Origin: Lentimicrobiaceae bacterium
GTDB lineage: Bacteria; Bacteroidota; Bacteroidia; Bacteroidales; UBA4417
Length of the DNA: 64,000 nt
Assembly: GCA_041753535.1 (NCBI GenBank)
Contig: JBGSUB010000003.1
Span: forward strand, 5,905-69,904
Reading direction: 5' to 3'
How positions within the stretch are numbered: position 1 is the stretch's first letter; each line of letters starts with the position of its first letter. Positions 11,480 to 19,198 of the stretch are shown here, one piece after another. Both the position numbers and the translations under genes were made by a program. The notes below the pieces were generated by a model. The model was not told the origin of the DNA. It did not search any database and was given only the letters and a program-made list of their open reading frames with translations.

Positions 11480-12176
11480 GTTTTATCACGAGTGGGATCA
11501 GGATAGTTTCTTCGATCAGCGAATGAATATTCAGTACATATTCGAGTTCAATCAGGCTGAAAAGTAATTTCCGGCGGTTAACCGGATCGCTTTTCAGCGA
11601 GACATGACGCAGCAGAAGGGTTTTCAGATCGGTAAGTTTCGATTCAATATCGGTGTGATGTTCAAGGTATTCCGTTCCTGAGAATTTGCTGACTTCATCA
11701 ACATGGTTTGGAGCTTTGTTTTGAAGCAGGCTGCGGAAATAAGGGAAAGCTATGCCCTCTTCGTAATCAAGGTGCTCGGATACTTCCAGGAAATAGTCAT
11801 TAAAGAATTTTTCGATCATCCGGATTTCAGCAGTGGGATTTTTCTCAAACAATTTCTTTATATGCTCCTGTATCTCGGGGTATTTGTCGTATTTAAAATA
11901 GTAATGGCTGTTTCGTAAAAAACCTATAATTGTTTCAATATGTTCGAATTCAAAAACATCGGATGCTGATGGGGAAAATCCATTATAGAGGTTGGCAAAT
12001 GGGATAAATACCTTTTCGTTAATTTTATTTTCGAAGCAAAGTTGCTTTACAGTTTTGTCATGCATAACCAGGTCGAGCCCGAAATGTTCCAGTAGTAGCA
12101 ACAGGTAGGGATTCTCAAAGATGAGATCCGCCATTTTAATGTCCGGCTTAATATAGGTTTTGGTGGTTTGATACAT
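11454..12176 (-). CDS. Hemerythrin-like / RIC (ScdA-YtfE)-like di-iron domain protein, putative
   Basis: 240 aa; repeated H-x3-E type motifs (SEHLDYEE, EHHTDIES, NIHSLIEE) in a helical context; N-terminal ADLIFENPYLL..FGLDL resembles the ScdA_N domain without the Cys pair; overlaps the LuxR gene by 26 nt. Confidence 0.55.
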   Translation of the reverse strand: MYQTTKTYIKPDIKMADLIFENPYLLLLLEHFGLDLVMHDKTVKQLCFENKINEKVFIPFANLYNGFSPSASDVFEFEHIETIIGFLRNSHYYFKYDKYPEIQEHIKKLFEKNPTAEIRMIEKFFNDYFLEVSEHLDYEEGIAFPYFRSLLQNKAPNHVDEVSKFSGTEYLEHHTDIESKLTDLKTLLLRHVSLKSDPVNRRKLLFSLIELEYVLNIHSLIEETILIPLVIKLENKEKIG

Positions 12177-12331
12177 TTGTTTAGAATAGTTTTATTGGCT
12201 AAAATTAAACATAATTTTTTGTACATTATCAGTAATCCATATTTGGGAAGGAAATTTAGAAATGGTCGAACCGGAGACTGAATATAAAATAAAACAATTA
12301 TCATGTACAGACTTCGCAAATAAATTTTCAA

Positions 12332-13277
12332 CTAACAGATTACATGTATGTTATATAACCAAACATTCGTTTATGTGAAACATTGCATTTTTGAGTCCAC
12401 TCCGAAAAGTCTATTTTCGCCACTAAGGCGCATAGTCCCAAAATTAACACAATTGCTTGTTCTTAATGGAGTTCATCATTTCGCTTCGCTAAGTTTACGA
12501 AGTTTATAGTGCTGATTAACAATGCGCTGTGTGCCCCCGCGCTCTTCGTGCCTAAATTGTTCTCATTTTTATGGGGTTTATCGAAGCAGTATTAATAAAA
12601 AGAGGGACATTTCAGGGGCGGACACAGCCTATGTTAAAAGCAATCCGCTAAACCGTTCAAATTTCTATGTTTGGTTAAGCTAAAGGGTTATCAAATAATT
12701 AAGCTTGTCAATTTCCTGCAGAGCACGGCAAAATATTGTTTATTACGAAACCTACAAGAGAATAATTGACCAACTTCTCGAACAGGCAAGCATACAAGGA
12801 TATATGTTCCATGTGAATGTCCGACCAATGAAAAACATTACCATTGGTGCATATGTTTGCTACCTATAGATCAAACCCGATTCCCGGCCAAGCAAAAAAT
12901 TATATAGGTATTTAATTTGAGTAGCTTACATTGGTTAAAAGCATCGACAACCTTATCTGCCACTTTTATGGAAACAAGCTATTTGTCGGGGAATATATAC
13001 AGTCTTGGACTTTAGCGCGACTTGATTCCGGGTAAAGTTTATGTTGGAATTGGCAACAAGTATGAGAAATACAAATTTGTAAGTGACGAAACACCCTAGG
13101 TCCAAAATATGGCCGAATTGAACCTTACCGGGTATATAATGAAAAAACTTTAGTTGTCGGCTAATTATGATGGCACTTTCGAGAAAGGCACCAACTAAAA
13201 CAGGATATATGTTAACCTAACACAACGGTTTTGATATAATCTCAAATAAATTTTAAGTGAAATTTAATCGAGAGCAC
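12332..13277. other. 946-bp ORF-free region of unresolved nature (long leader, ncRNA, or decayed gene)
   Basis: No ORF of 60 aa or more in any frame in the supplied track; much the longest non-coding stretch in the window. Confidence 0.3.
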
Positions 13278-14135
13278 TTATGGTAAATACTCCCCATACG
13301 TAAGTTTAAATGTTGTTTCGTCTAAACTAATTTTTGTTGGGAAACCTGCAGAATTGTATTCGCTAAAAACGGCTGGTCCTTTTCCAAACCACGAATAATT
13401 ATAAAGATTCTCGCTAACGCAATTATTATTGGAATAGAACGGAGAAGGAGATAATGATCTCATGAATAAAATTGCAGCAGGATAAGGTATTGCCAGATTG
13501 AAATTTTTGCCCGAATCGTATTTAAAATCAGTTTCAATTTCATAAAAACCGGTTTGGGAAGTAAACCCTTTATCTGTCCTCTTAACAAGGTTACCAGCAT
13601 CATCCCATAAAAACAAAGCAGTGCCACCTGAGCCGGTATGGCTGATAACCCTTCCTTTTTCATCGCAAATATAATCCCATTCAAAGTATATGTAATGATC
13701 CCTGATCACTTGATGCATGATATTACCATCAGTGCCATAGCTGTAAAAAGCAGTATCGCTCATTGCAACATGCTCATTATTTGCATATTTATAAACCACA
13801 TAATCAACTTTTTCACCATCGTAATGAAAAGTGGATTTAACATATCTATGATCAAAATCCGATTCGTAGGTGCTTAATTTTCCATCAGGTCCGTAATTGA
13901 AAATTTCAACAAAATCAGTCTCATCTGTGTGCTTAATATCACGCAACCTGTTCAAATTGTCGTAGTTATAAACCGCTATTTCCTTGCTTCCCTGCCAATT
14001 GGTGAAGACAACATTTAAAAGGTGTAGTTTGGTTTCAGGAGTTTCGTCTTTTTTACAGGAGTTGCCCAAAAATGAGAGACAGCAGATGGCAACAACAAAA
14101 GGAACGAAGTCCTTTACGAAGATTAGGGTTTTCAT
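13278..14135 (-). CDS. Hypothetical lipoprotein with YD-repeat-like motifs
   Basis: Start at MKTLIFV...LSFLGNSC (lipobox); seven degenerate Y/W-D-x-x-G-x-(L/V/I) units (NYDNLNRL, YGPDGKL, HYDGEKV, YGTDGNI, CDEKGRV, WDDAGNL, KYDSGKN). Confidence 0.55.
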   Translation of the reverse strand: MKTLIFVKDFVPFVVAICCLSFLGNSCKKDETPETKLHLLNVVFTNWQGSKEIAVYNYDNLNRLRDIKHTDETDFVEIFNYGPDGKLSTYESDFDHRYVKSTFHYDGEKVDYVVYKYANNEHVAMSDTAFYSYGTDGNIMHQVIRDHYIYFEWDYICDEKGRVISHTGSGGTALFLWDDAGNLVKRTDKGFTSQTGFYEIETDFKYDSGKNFNLAIPYPAAILFMRSLSPSPFYSNNNCVSENLYNYSWFGKGPAVFSEYNSAGFPTKISLDETTFKLTYGEYLP

Positions 14136-14350
14136 ACTGCGTAAATTTTTATGGCTTTCGGCGAATAGTTTTTTCACACATATAAGACACTTGAAAACGG
14201 TTTTACCCCTACAACAAATTCAGAAATAATTGAAAATATATTTAATAGTAATATATGTGGCTGAAAATATGATTATTATGTGTAAATTCTTATTCATTAA
14301 ATTAGTTAGTCCAACAAAAACGGAAAGGTGAATCTGATTAATGATATTCG

Positions 14351-14358
14351 TAAGTTTG
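14351..14358 (+). promoter_or_regulatory. -7 promoter box (TAnnTTTG)
   Basis: TAAGTTTG only 4 nt before the GTG at 14363. This argues for either a leaderless start or the ATG at 14447 as the PAP2 start. Confidence 0.35.
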
Positions 14359-14362
14359 CCTT

Positions 14363-15265
14363 GTGAGAAATTTTGTTTCAGCAAATAAACTATTTTGTGA
14401 GTTTCAGCCAATCAAAGGCCTGGTTATCAGCGCTTATTTTCTGTTTATGTCTAGTGGCTTACATGGGGCTGTAGTAGATACTATCCAATTCCCTGAACTC
14501 AACAAAACCTACCTTAAATCCTATTATTACGATTCAAAGAGCTTTCTGTTGTCGCCGGCAAAGTGGAAAGCGAAACAGTGGATTGAACTTGGAGCTGTCG
14601 CTGGATTCGGGGTTTTGGCATACACCCAGGATGAAAAAATTCAGAAGTATTTTGTTGGTCATCAATCCACTGCAGCCGATAACCTTTCGAAGTATGTTTT
14701 TGAACCGATCGGGAATGGAATAGGAACCTCTGTCATTATAGGAGGGCTGTATGTTGGAGGAATGTTAGCAAAGGATAAAAGACTTGCAGGAACTTCGCTT
14801 ACTGCCGCTAAGGCATTTATTGTTTCGACAGTATGTGCCCAAGTTGTGAAACAGCTCACTCACCGCCACCGGCCTTACCAGGACGAAATCCCTGATCATA
14901 CTCAATGGGAAGGACCCTTTGCTGATATTCATTACAACAGCTTCCCTTCCGGGCATTCAACGGCAGCTTTCAGCCTGGCAACTGTATTTGCTTTAGAATA
15001 CGGTAAAACTGTCTGGGTTCCCGTCCTGGCCTATTCGCTGGCTGCCGGAACCGCAGTATCGAGGCTTTACGATAACGAACACTGGGCATCGGATGTAGTT
15101 GTCGGTTCGGCTTTGGGATTTGTTACCGGCAGGTTTATGTGGAAACAAAGCAGGAAAGCAAATGCAAGGCTGGTCATTCTGCCTTCTGTTGGATCAAAAA
15201 TGACCTCTGTCACATTTTTTCTTCGCATAGCTGAACCTAAGTCCCAACGGGTTGTTCTTAACTAA
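14363..15265 (+). CDS. PAP2-family phosphatase (start uncertain: GTG 14363 or ATG 14447)
   Basis: Acid-phosphatase motifs KQLTHRHRP, PSGHS, SRLYDNEHWASD. Confidence 0.85.
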   Translation: MRNFVSANKLFCEFQPIKGLVISAYFLFMSSGLHGAVVDTIQFPELNKTYLKSYYYDSKSFLLSPAKWKAKQWIELGAVAGFGVLAYTQDEKIQKYFVGHQSTAADNLSKYVFEPIGNGIGTSVIIGGLYVGGMLAKDKRLAGTSLTAAKAFIVSTVCAQVVKQLTHRHRPYQDEIPDHTQWEGPFADIHYNSFPSGHSTAAFSLATVFALEYGKTVWVPVLAYSLAAGTAVSRLYDNEHWASDVVVGSALGFVTGRFMWKQSRKANARLVILPSVGSKMTSVTFFLRIAEPKSQRVVLN

Positions 15266-15328
15266 CAGTTAGTTTTACTGATATTCAGGATATGCGTTGA
15301 GTTGCATCCTGAATTTCTATACAATTTT

Positions 15329-15691
15329 ATGAGGATCTTCTTTATTGTTTTAGGTATTGTATGCGTAATACTGGCAGCACTGGGAGTTCTGTTACCCGGA
15401 CTTCCGGCTACGCCATTCCTGCTTCTGGCATCCTACGCATTTGCCCGCAGTTCGAAAAAGATGCACGACTGGCTGATAAACAATAAAATTTTCGGCCCTA
15501 TTCTGGCTGATTTTATTGACAGGAAAGGAATCAGGCTTCACATCAAAATTTTCTCAATTATCGTGATGTGGGGTATGGTGTTTATATCTGTATTTTTTCT
15601 GATTGATAATGATATAATTAAATATGTAGCTGTGGGTGGTGCAGTTATAGGGACATTAGCGGTTTTACGGTTTAAGACGATCAGGGATTAG
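15329..15691 (+). CDS. YbaN/DUF454-family inner-membrane protein
   Basis: ATG 15329: MRIFFIVLGIVCVILAALGVLLPGLPATPFLLLASYAFARSS, typical DUF454 N-terminus. Confidence 0.8.
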   Translation: MRIFFIVLGIVCVILAALGVLLPGLPATPFLLLASYAFARSSKKMHDWLINNKIFGPILADFIDRKGIRLHIKIFSIIVMWGMVFISVFFLIDNDIIKYVAVGGAVIGTLAVLRFKTIRD

Positions 15692-15791
15692 TGTAAATAT
15701 TAAATAGAAAATGGAAAATGGTTGTGGGCAATCATGCCTCTATCTTCTGATTCGAATGTGACATTTTCTGTCAAATCCTTTCCTGTTTCCC

Positions 15792-15985
15792 AATAATGAT
15801 TCAATGTCGTTTAGTTAAGAAAATATAATGCTGAATTTTTCTAAACGCAAAGTGCGCTGAGAAGACGCAAAGGGCCGCAGAGCAAGCAGGATTTGTATTT
15901 CTTTGCGGTTCTCTGCGATAAACTTTGCGGTTCTCTGCGGTTAATTCTTTTCTTTCCCTTAACTAAACGACATTGAATAATGATT
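15792..15985. repeat. Composite palindromic intergenic element
   Basis: Perfect 20-bp inverted repeat TTCAATGTCGTTTAGTTAAG (15800-15819) / CTTAACTAAACGACATTGAA (15958-15977). It encloses an inner imperfect palindrome built from CGCAAAG/CTTTGCG and CCGCAGAG/CTCTGCGG words (15846-15940). Confidence 0.85.
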
Positions 15986-16042
15986 AACTATTTTTGGCAG
16001 CGATTAACTATTTCCCATTAACCATTAACTGTTTCACCAAAT

Positions 16043-16978
16043 TCAGTGCGCATCCAGGTTATGCAGCATATAAATACTGTGTCGGAGAGTGGGTGTGATT
16101 TCAGTCATATATTCTTCCACCGCTTTTACGCTGCCAGGTAAAGTATAAACCAAAGAATTCCTCATAACTCCGGCAACAGCCCTCGAAATAAGGGCGTTTG
16201 GTTTCACGCTGCCATATTTAAAACGTATCAGTTCCATGATGCCCGGAATTTCTTTATCAAGGAAAGGTTTCACTAAATCAGGAGTGATGTCGCGGGGGCC
16301 TATTCCTGTTCCGCCGGTTGTAATTACTATGTCATACTGCGCTTCGCGGGCTTCATTCATCAGCGAATCCAATATTTCAATATCATCAGGAATCAATTTC
16401 CTTTCAACAGCGAATTTCCAGCCTTCTGTTTCGAAGAAAGCAGAAAGCATCTGCTCTATTCTTGGTCCGGAACGGTCGGTGTATTCTCCCCGGCTTGCAC
16501 GGTCGCTGAGGGTGATAATCAAAACTTTATAAACACGTGGTATGTAAATTATTTCTTCTCCGGCTTTAATTGTACCGTTTTTCAGCACCCGAGCAAAAAT
16601 TCCTTCCTTAGGCATCACGCAATTGCCTACTTCCTTAAAGATATTACAGGAAGAACCGTGGCATTCCTTCCCTATCTGGGTGATTTCGAGCTCCACTTCA
16701 CCAATAATGAGTTTATCGAGCGGATGGGTGTTGACTAATTCGAGGCCTTTAGTCGTAATGTTTTCGGCAAATTCACCGTAATTTATTTTTCGACCGGCTG
16801 CATGGGTGAATCGCTCCACACTCTCATCGGCCAGGAGGCTTACCTGCCTGTGCCAGTTTCCGGCATGAGCATCGCTGGCTACGCCCAGTTCGTTTAATTC
16901 TATTTCAGGAACCGGGACTTTTATGGTGCCTTTTTTCTCGCTTAGATTAACAGATATTACAGTGATGGGTGTGGACAT
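16043..16978 (-). CDS. MOSC-like domain fused to MogA/MoaB-type molybdopterin adenylyltransferase domain
   Basis: 311 aa; N-terminal half ...GVASDAHAGNWHRQVSLL (MOSC-like beta-barrel); C-terminal half ITLSDRASRGEYTDRSGP...ITTGGTGIGPRDITPD (MogA signature). Confidence 0.85.
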   Translation of the reverse strand: MSTPITVISVNLSEKKGTIKVPVPEIELNELGVASDAHAGNWHRQVSLLADESVERFTHAAGRKINYGEFAENITTKGLELVNTHPLDKLIIGEVELEITQIGKECHGSSCNIFKEVGNCVMPKEGIFARVLKNGTIKAGEEIIYIPRVYKVLIITLSDRASRGEYTDRSGPRIEQMLSAFFETEGWKFAVERKLIPDDIEILDSLMNEAREAQYDIVITTGGTGIGPRDITPDLVKPFLDKEIPGIMELIRFKYGSVKPNALISRAVAGVMRNSLVYTLPGSVKAVEEYMTEITPTLRHSIYMLHNLDAH

Positions 16979-17006
16979 GTGTTCTAGGGATTTTGGTGAT
17001 TCGGTT

Positions 17007-17121
17007 GTTATTCAATTGTTGTGGGTAGAGTTTTTGGAGATATTAAGAAGTGTGAGTTGTCATTCAGTGGTCATTCAGTTGTTGAGGCTCGGGAGTTTGG
17101 AGATATTCAGAAGGTTTAGTT
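17007..17121. repeat. About 52-nt tandem duplication (2 copies plus a partial), G/T-rich on + strand
   Basis: 17007-17058 GTTATTCAATTGTTGTGGGTAGAGTTTTTGGAGATATTAAGAAG... versus 17070-17121 GTCATTCAGTTGTTGAGGCTCGGGAGTTTGGAGATATTCAGAAG...; partial GTCATTCAGTG between them. Confidence 0.7.
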
Positions 17122-17282
17122 CTTATTTATTTGTCATACAGAGGTTTACAAGATTCCGTTCTTCATGATTTTTTTTGACTTTTGGTATGTAATTTAAAGC
17201 GAATTGAGCATCCAGTTTTCAGTTTTATTTATTTATGTTAATTTGAGAATAATTTGTGTACATCTGTGGTTAAATTATAGTC

Positions 17283-17750
17283 TTAAAAGTTTCTCGATCG
17301 TTCCTTAATCACAAACTGCACTCCTTCAACAATATAAATGACTGATGAAGCCAGGAGTGAAAGCCCAAGGGAAATGAAAAATGTGCCCTTATAAAGTTCA
17401 GGGATTATTTCCCAATGACTCACCAGAATGCCCAGGGTTATCATGACAGACATCATGATATATCCGCGCAGATCGAAAAAAGCAAACATACAAGGACGAC
17501 TTTGGGGAAGATTTTTTATCCGCAAAATATATCGTTTACTTACTTTACGGAAGACCAGCAGGAAGAAAGGCACAAACCCGGCAATCCCAATAAGATAATT
17601 TATCATGTGATGTAGAGCATGCCTTTCGATAAAGGTAAATCCCATTTTCAGAATCCGGTATGCAGCAAAGCCCCACAATGCGGCTCCAAGCGCGATAAGA
17701 ACCACTTTTGGTACACCTGGTTTAAGCTTTTGAGCAATAGTGGTTTGCAT
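17283..17750 (-). CDS. Hypothetical 4-TM membrane protein
   Basis: 155 aa, four hydrophobic spans; starts 11 nt after the prsW stop; no recognisable motif. Confidence 0.5.
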   Translation of the reverse strand: MQTTIAQKLKPGVPKVVLIALGAALWGFAAYRILKMGFTFIERHALHHMINYLIGIAGFVPFFLLVFRKVSKRYILRIKNLPQSRPCMFAFFDLRGYIMMSVMITLGILVSHWEIIPELYKGTFFISLGLSLLASSVIYIVEGVQFVIKERSRNF

Positions 17751-17761
17751 ACTTTCCGGAA

Positions 17762-18502
17762 TTAATAATTCTTATTTTCTGTATCGTCCTGGTTAAATTG
17801 AGTTTCTTTATTGTTGGTAAAATCTATATTTACAGGGTTAAAAAAAGATTCGTTATTAAGTTCCTTCATTCTTTTTAGTCCTGTCCGATACAAATAAATC
17901 AGGAAAGGAATAAAGACCAGTAGCAGTATAGTGTGAGCTGACATAATGAGGAAGTCATACATTCCATGCAGCAACCATGGAACTGTAAATGCCCTGACCA
18001 GGTATTTTTTCCTGGATTGAACCGTGAACCGAGCCATCCCGAGGTAAAATCCCATTACAATGCCGAATATAGTATGCCCCGGCACCGCAGTGAATGCCCT
18101 TAGAAGTCCGACTTGCACTGAGTTGCTGTTCGAAAAAACATAAAACAGGTTTTCGATGGCAGCAAAACCCAATGATACTGAAACGGCATAAACAATGCCA
18201 TCAAATTTTTCATTAAAATTCCGGTTACGCCATATCAGAATGAAAACAGCAAGGTACTTAAAGGCTTCTTCTGTAGCCCCGGCAACAATAAATCCATCCC
18301 ATGCAGCTTTAGGGATTTTGTCCAGACCATGCCCTAGAACTATAATGTAGTTTTCAACAACCCCAACCGGAAAAATAATTATCGCACCCAAAAGAATTCC
18401 TTTGAGAATCAGCTTTATAGGTTCTTTTTCATACTTATCCCTGAAATATACATACATCATGAGTAACAGGGCGGGTGCTAAAGCCAGAAGCAGAATATAC
18501 AT
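17762..18502 (-). CDS. PrsW-family intramembrane protease
   Basis: 246 aa polytopic; FRDKYEKEP near the N-terminus, GATEEAFKY (EExxK) and PGHTIFG motifs. Confidence 0.8.
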   Translation of the reverse strand: MYILLLALAPALLLMMYVYFRDKYEKEPIKLILKGILLGAIIIFPVGVVENYIIVLGHGLDKIPKAAWDGFIVAGATEEAFKYLAVFILIWRNRNFNEKFDGIVYAVSVSLGFAAIENLFYVFSNSNSVQVGLLRAFTAVPGHTIFGIVMGFYLGMARFTVQSRKKYLVRAFTVPWLLHGMYDFLIMSAHTILLLVFIPFLIYLYRTGLKRMKELNNESFFNPVNIDFTNNKETQFNQDDTENKNY

Positions 18503-18551
18503 CAGTGTAGGGTTAACTTTTTCGAGGAATGCGTTAAAGAAGTGTGATATA

Positions 18552-19004
18552 TTAAATATCGGTTTTTGTCTTACTGATAAGTTTTATATTGCTGATCTCC
18601 ATTGATTTGTCAACAGCTTTACACATATCATAAACCGTAAGCAGCGAAGCTGAAACCGCTGTAAGTGCTTCCATTTCAACGCCGGTCTGGCCGATGCAAT
18701 GCACCTCGCTGATGGCTGTAACGCCAAGCGTTTCGATGCTTAGTTTTACATCCACTTTTGTGATCATCAGTGTATGACATAATGGGATAATTGAAGATGT
18801 AAGTTTTGCAGCCTGAATTCCGGCAAGTTGAGCCACTGTGAGCACATCACCTTTTTTCATATTATTTTCCTTCACCAGCGTAACGGTTTCCGGTTGCAGG
18901 CTTATAAAGCCCTGTGCTTTGGCAATACGCAACTGGTTTGGTTTATGCCCGACATCCACCATATTGGCTTTGCCTGCATCATCGGTATGGCTGAGTTTGT
19001 TCAT
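18552..19004 (-). CDS. moaC: Cyclic pyranopterin monophosphate synthase
   Basis: 150 aa; MVDVGHK...KGDVL..A..AGI.AAK.T...IPLCH signature. Confidence 0.95.
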   Translation of the reverse strand: MNKLSHTDDAGKANMVDVGHKPNQLRIAKAQGFISLQPETVTLVKENNMKKGDVLTVAQLAGIQAAKLTSSIIPLCHTLMITKVDVKLSIETLGVTAISEVHCIGQTGVEMEALTAVSASLLTVYDMCKAVDKSMEISNIKLISKTKTDI

Positions 19005-19137
19005 GGGTTTGTATGGTTTGGATGGTTTCGGGTAGAGACGCGGTATACCGTGTCTGTACTACCCGCAATTAAAATTTAATTGATTGAATGTTTGATTGGT
19101 TCAAAAATTAAGAGGATTAAATTTCGCATTTTCGTCT

Positions 19138-19159
19138 CTCTCCGTTTCGCCCCTCACCC
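19138..19159 (-). repeat. G-rich (on the sense strand) word pair GGGTGAGGGG + GAAACGGAGA, copy A
   Basis: On the minus strand GGGTGAGGGG (19159-19150) is followed by GAAACGGAGA (19148-19139), 40-60 nt downstream of the moaA stop. Both 10-mers recur at 50216-50253. Confidence 0.7.
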
Positions 19160-19198
19160 CTCGCCGTATCTCCTTTTCACCGTATTTCAATCCAACTC

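Noticed and set aside
12047-12331. 94-aa minus-strand ORF extending upstream over the hemerythrin-like gene start
   Set aside because: It is out of frame with, and overlaps, the better-supported 240-aa CDS. Its composition is hydrophobic/low-complexity and AT-driven.
12750-13192. Reading the ORF-free gap as a plus-strand pseudogene
   Set aside because: This is not rejected outright, but it is unsupported. Open runs of 20-39 codons are expected by chance at this AT content (roughly 6% stop probability per codon), and I recognise no protein family. It is kept only as one hypothesis in the finding.
16923-17168. 81-aa plus-strand ORF with internally repeated VVIQLL...LEI motifs
   Set aside because: It is a product of the 52-nt tandem duplication and overlaps the mogA-fusion start on the other strand.
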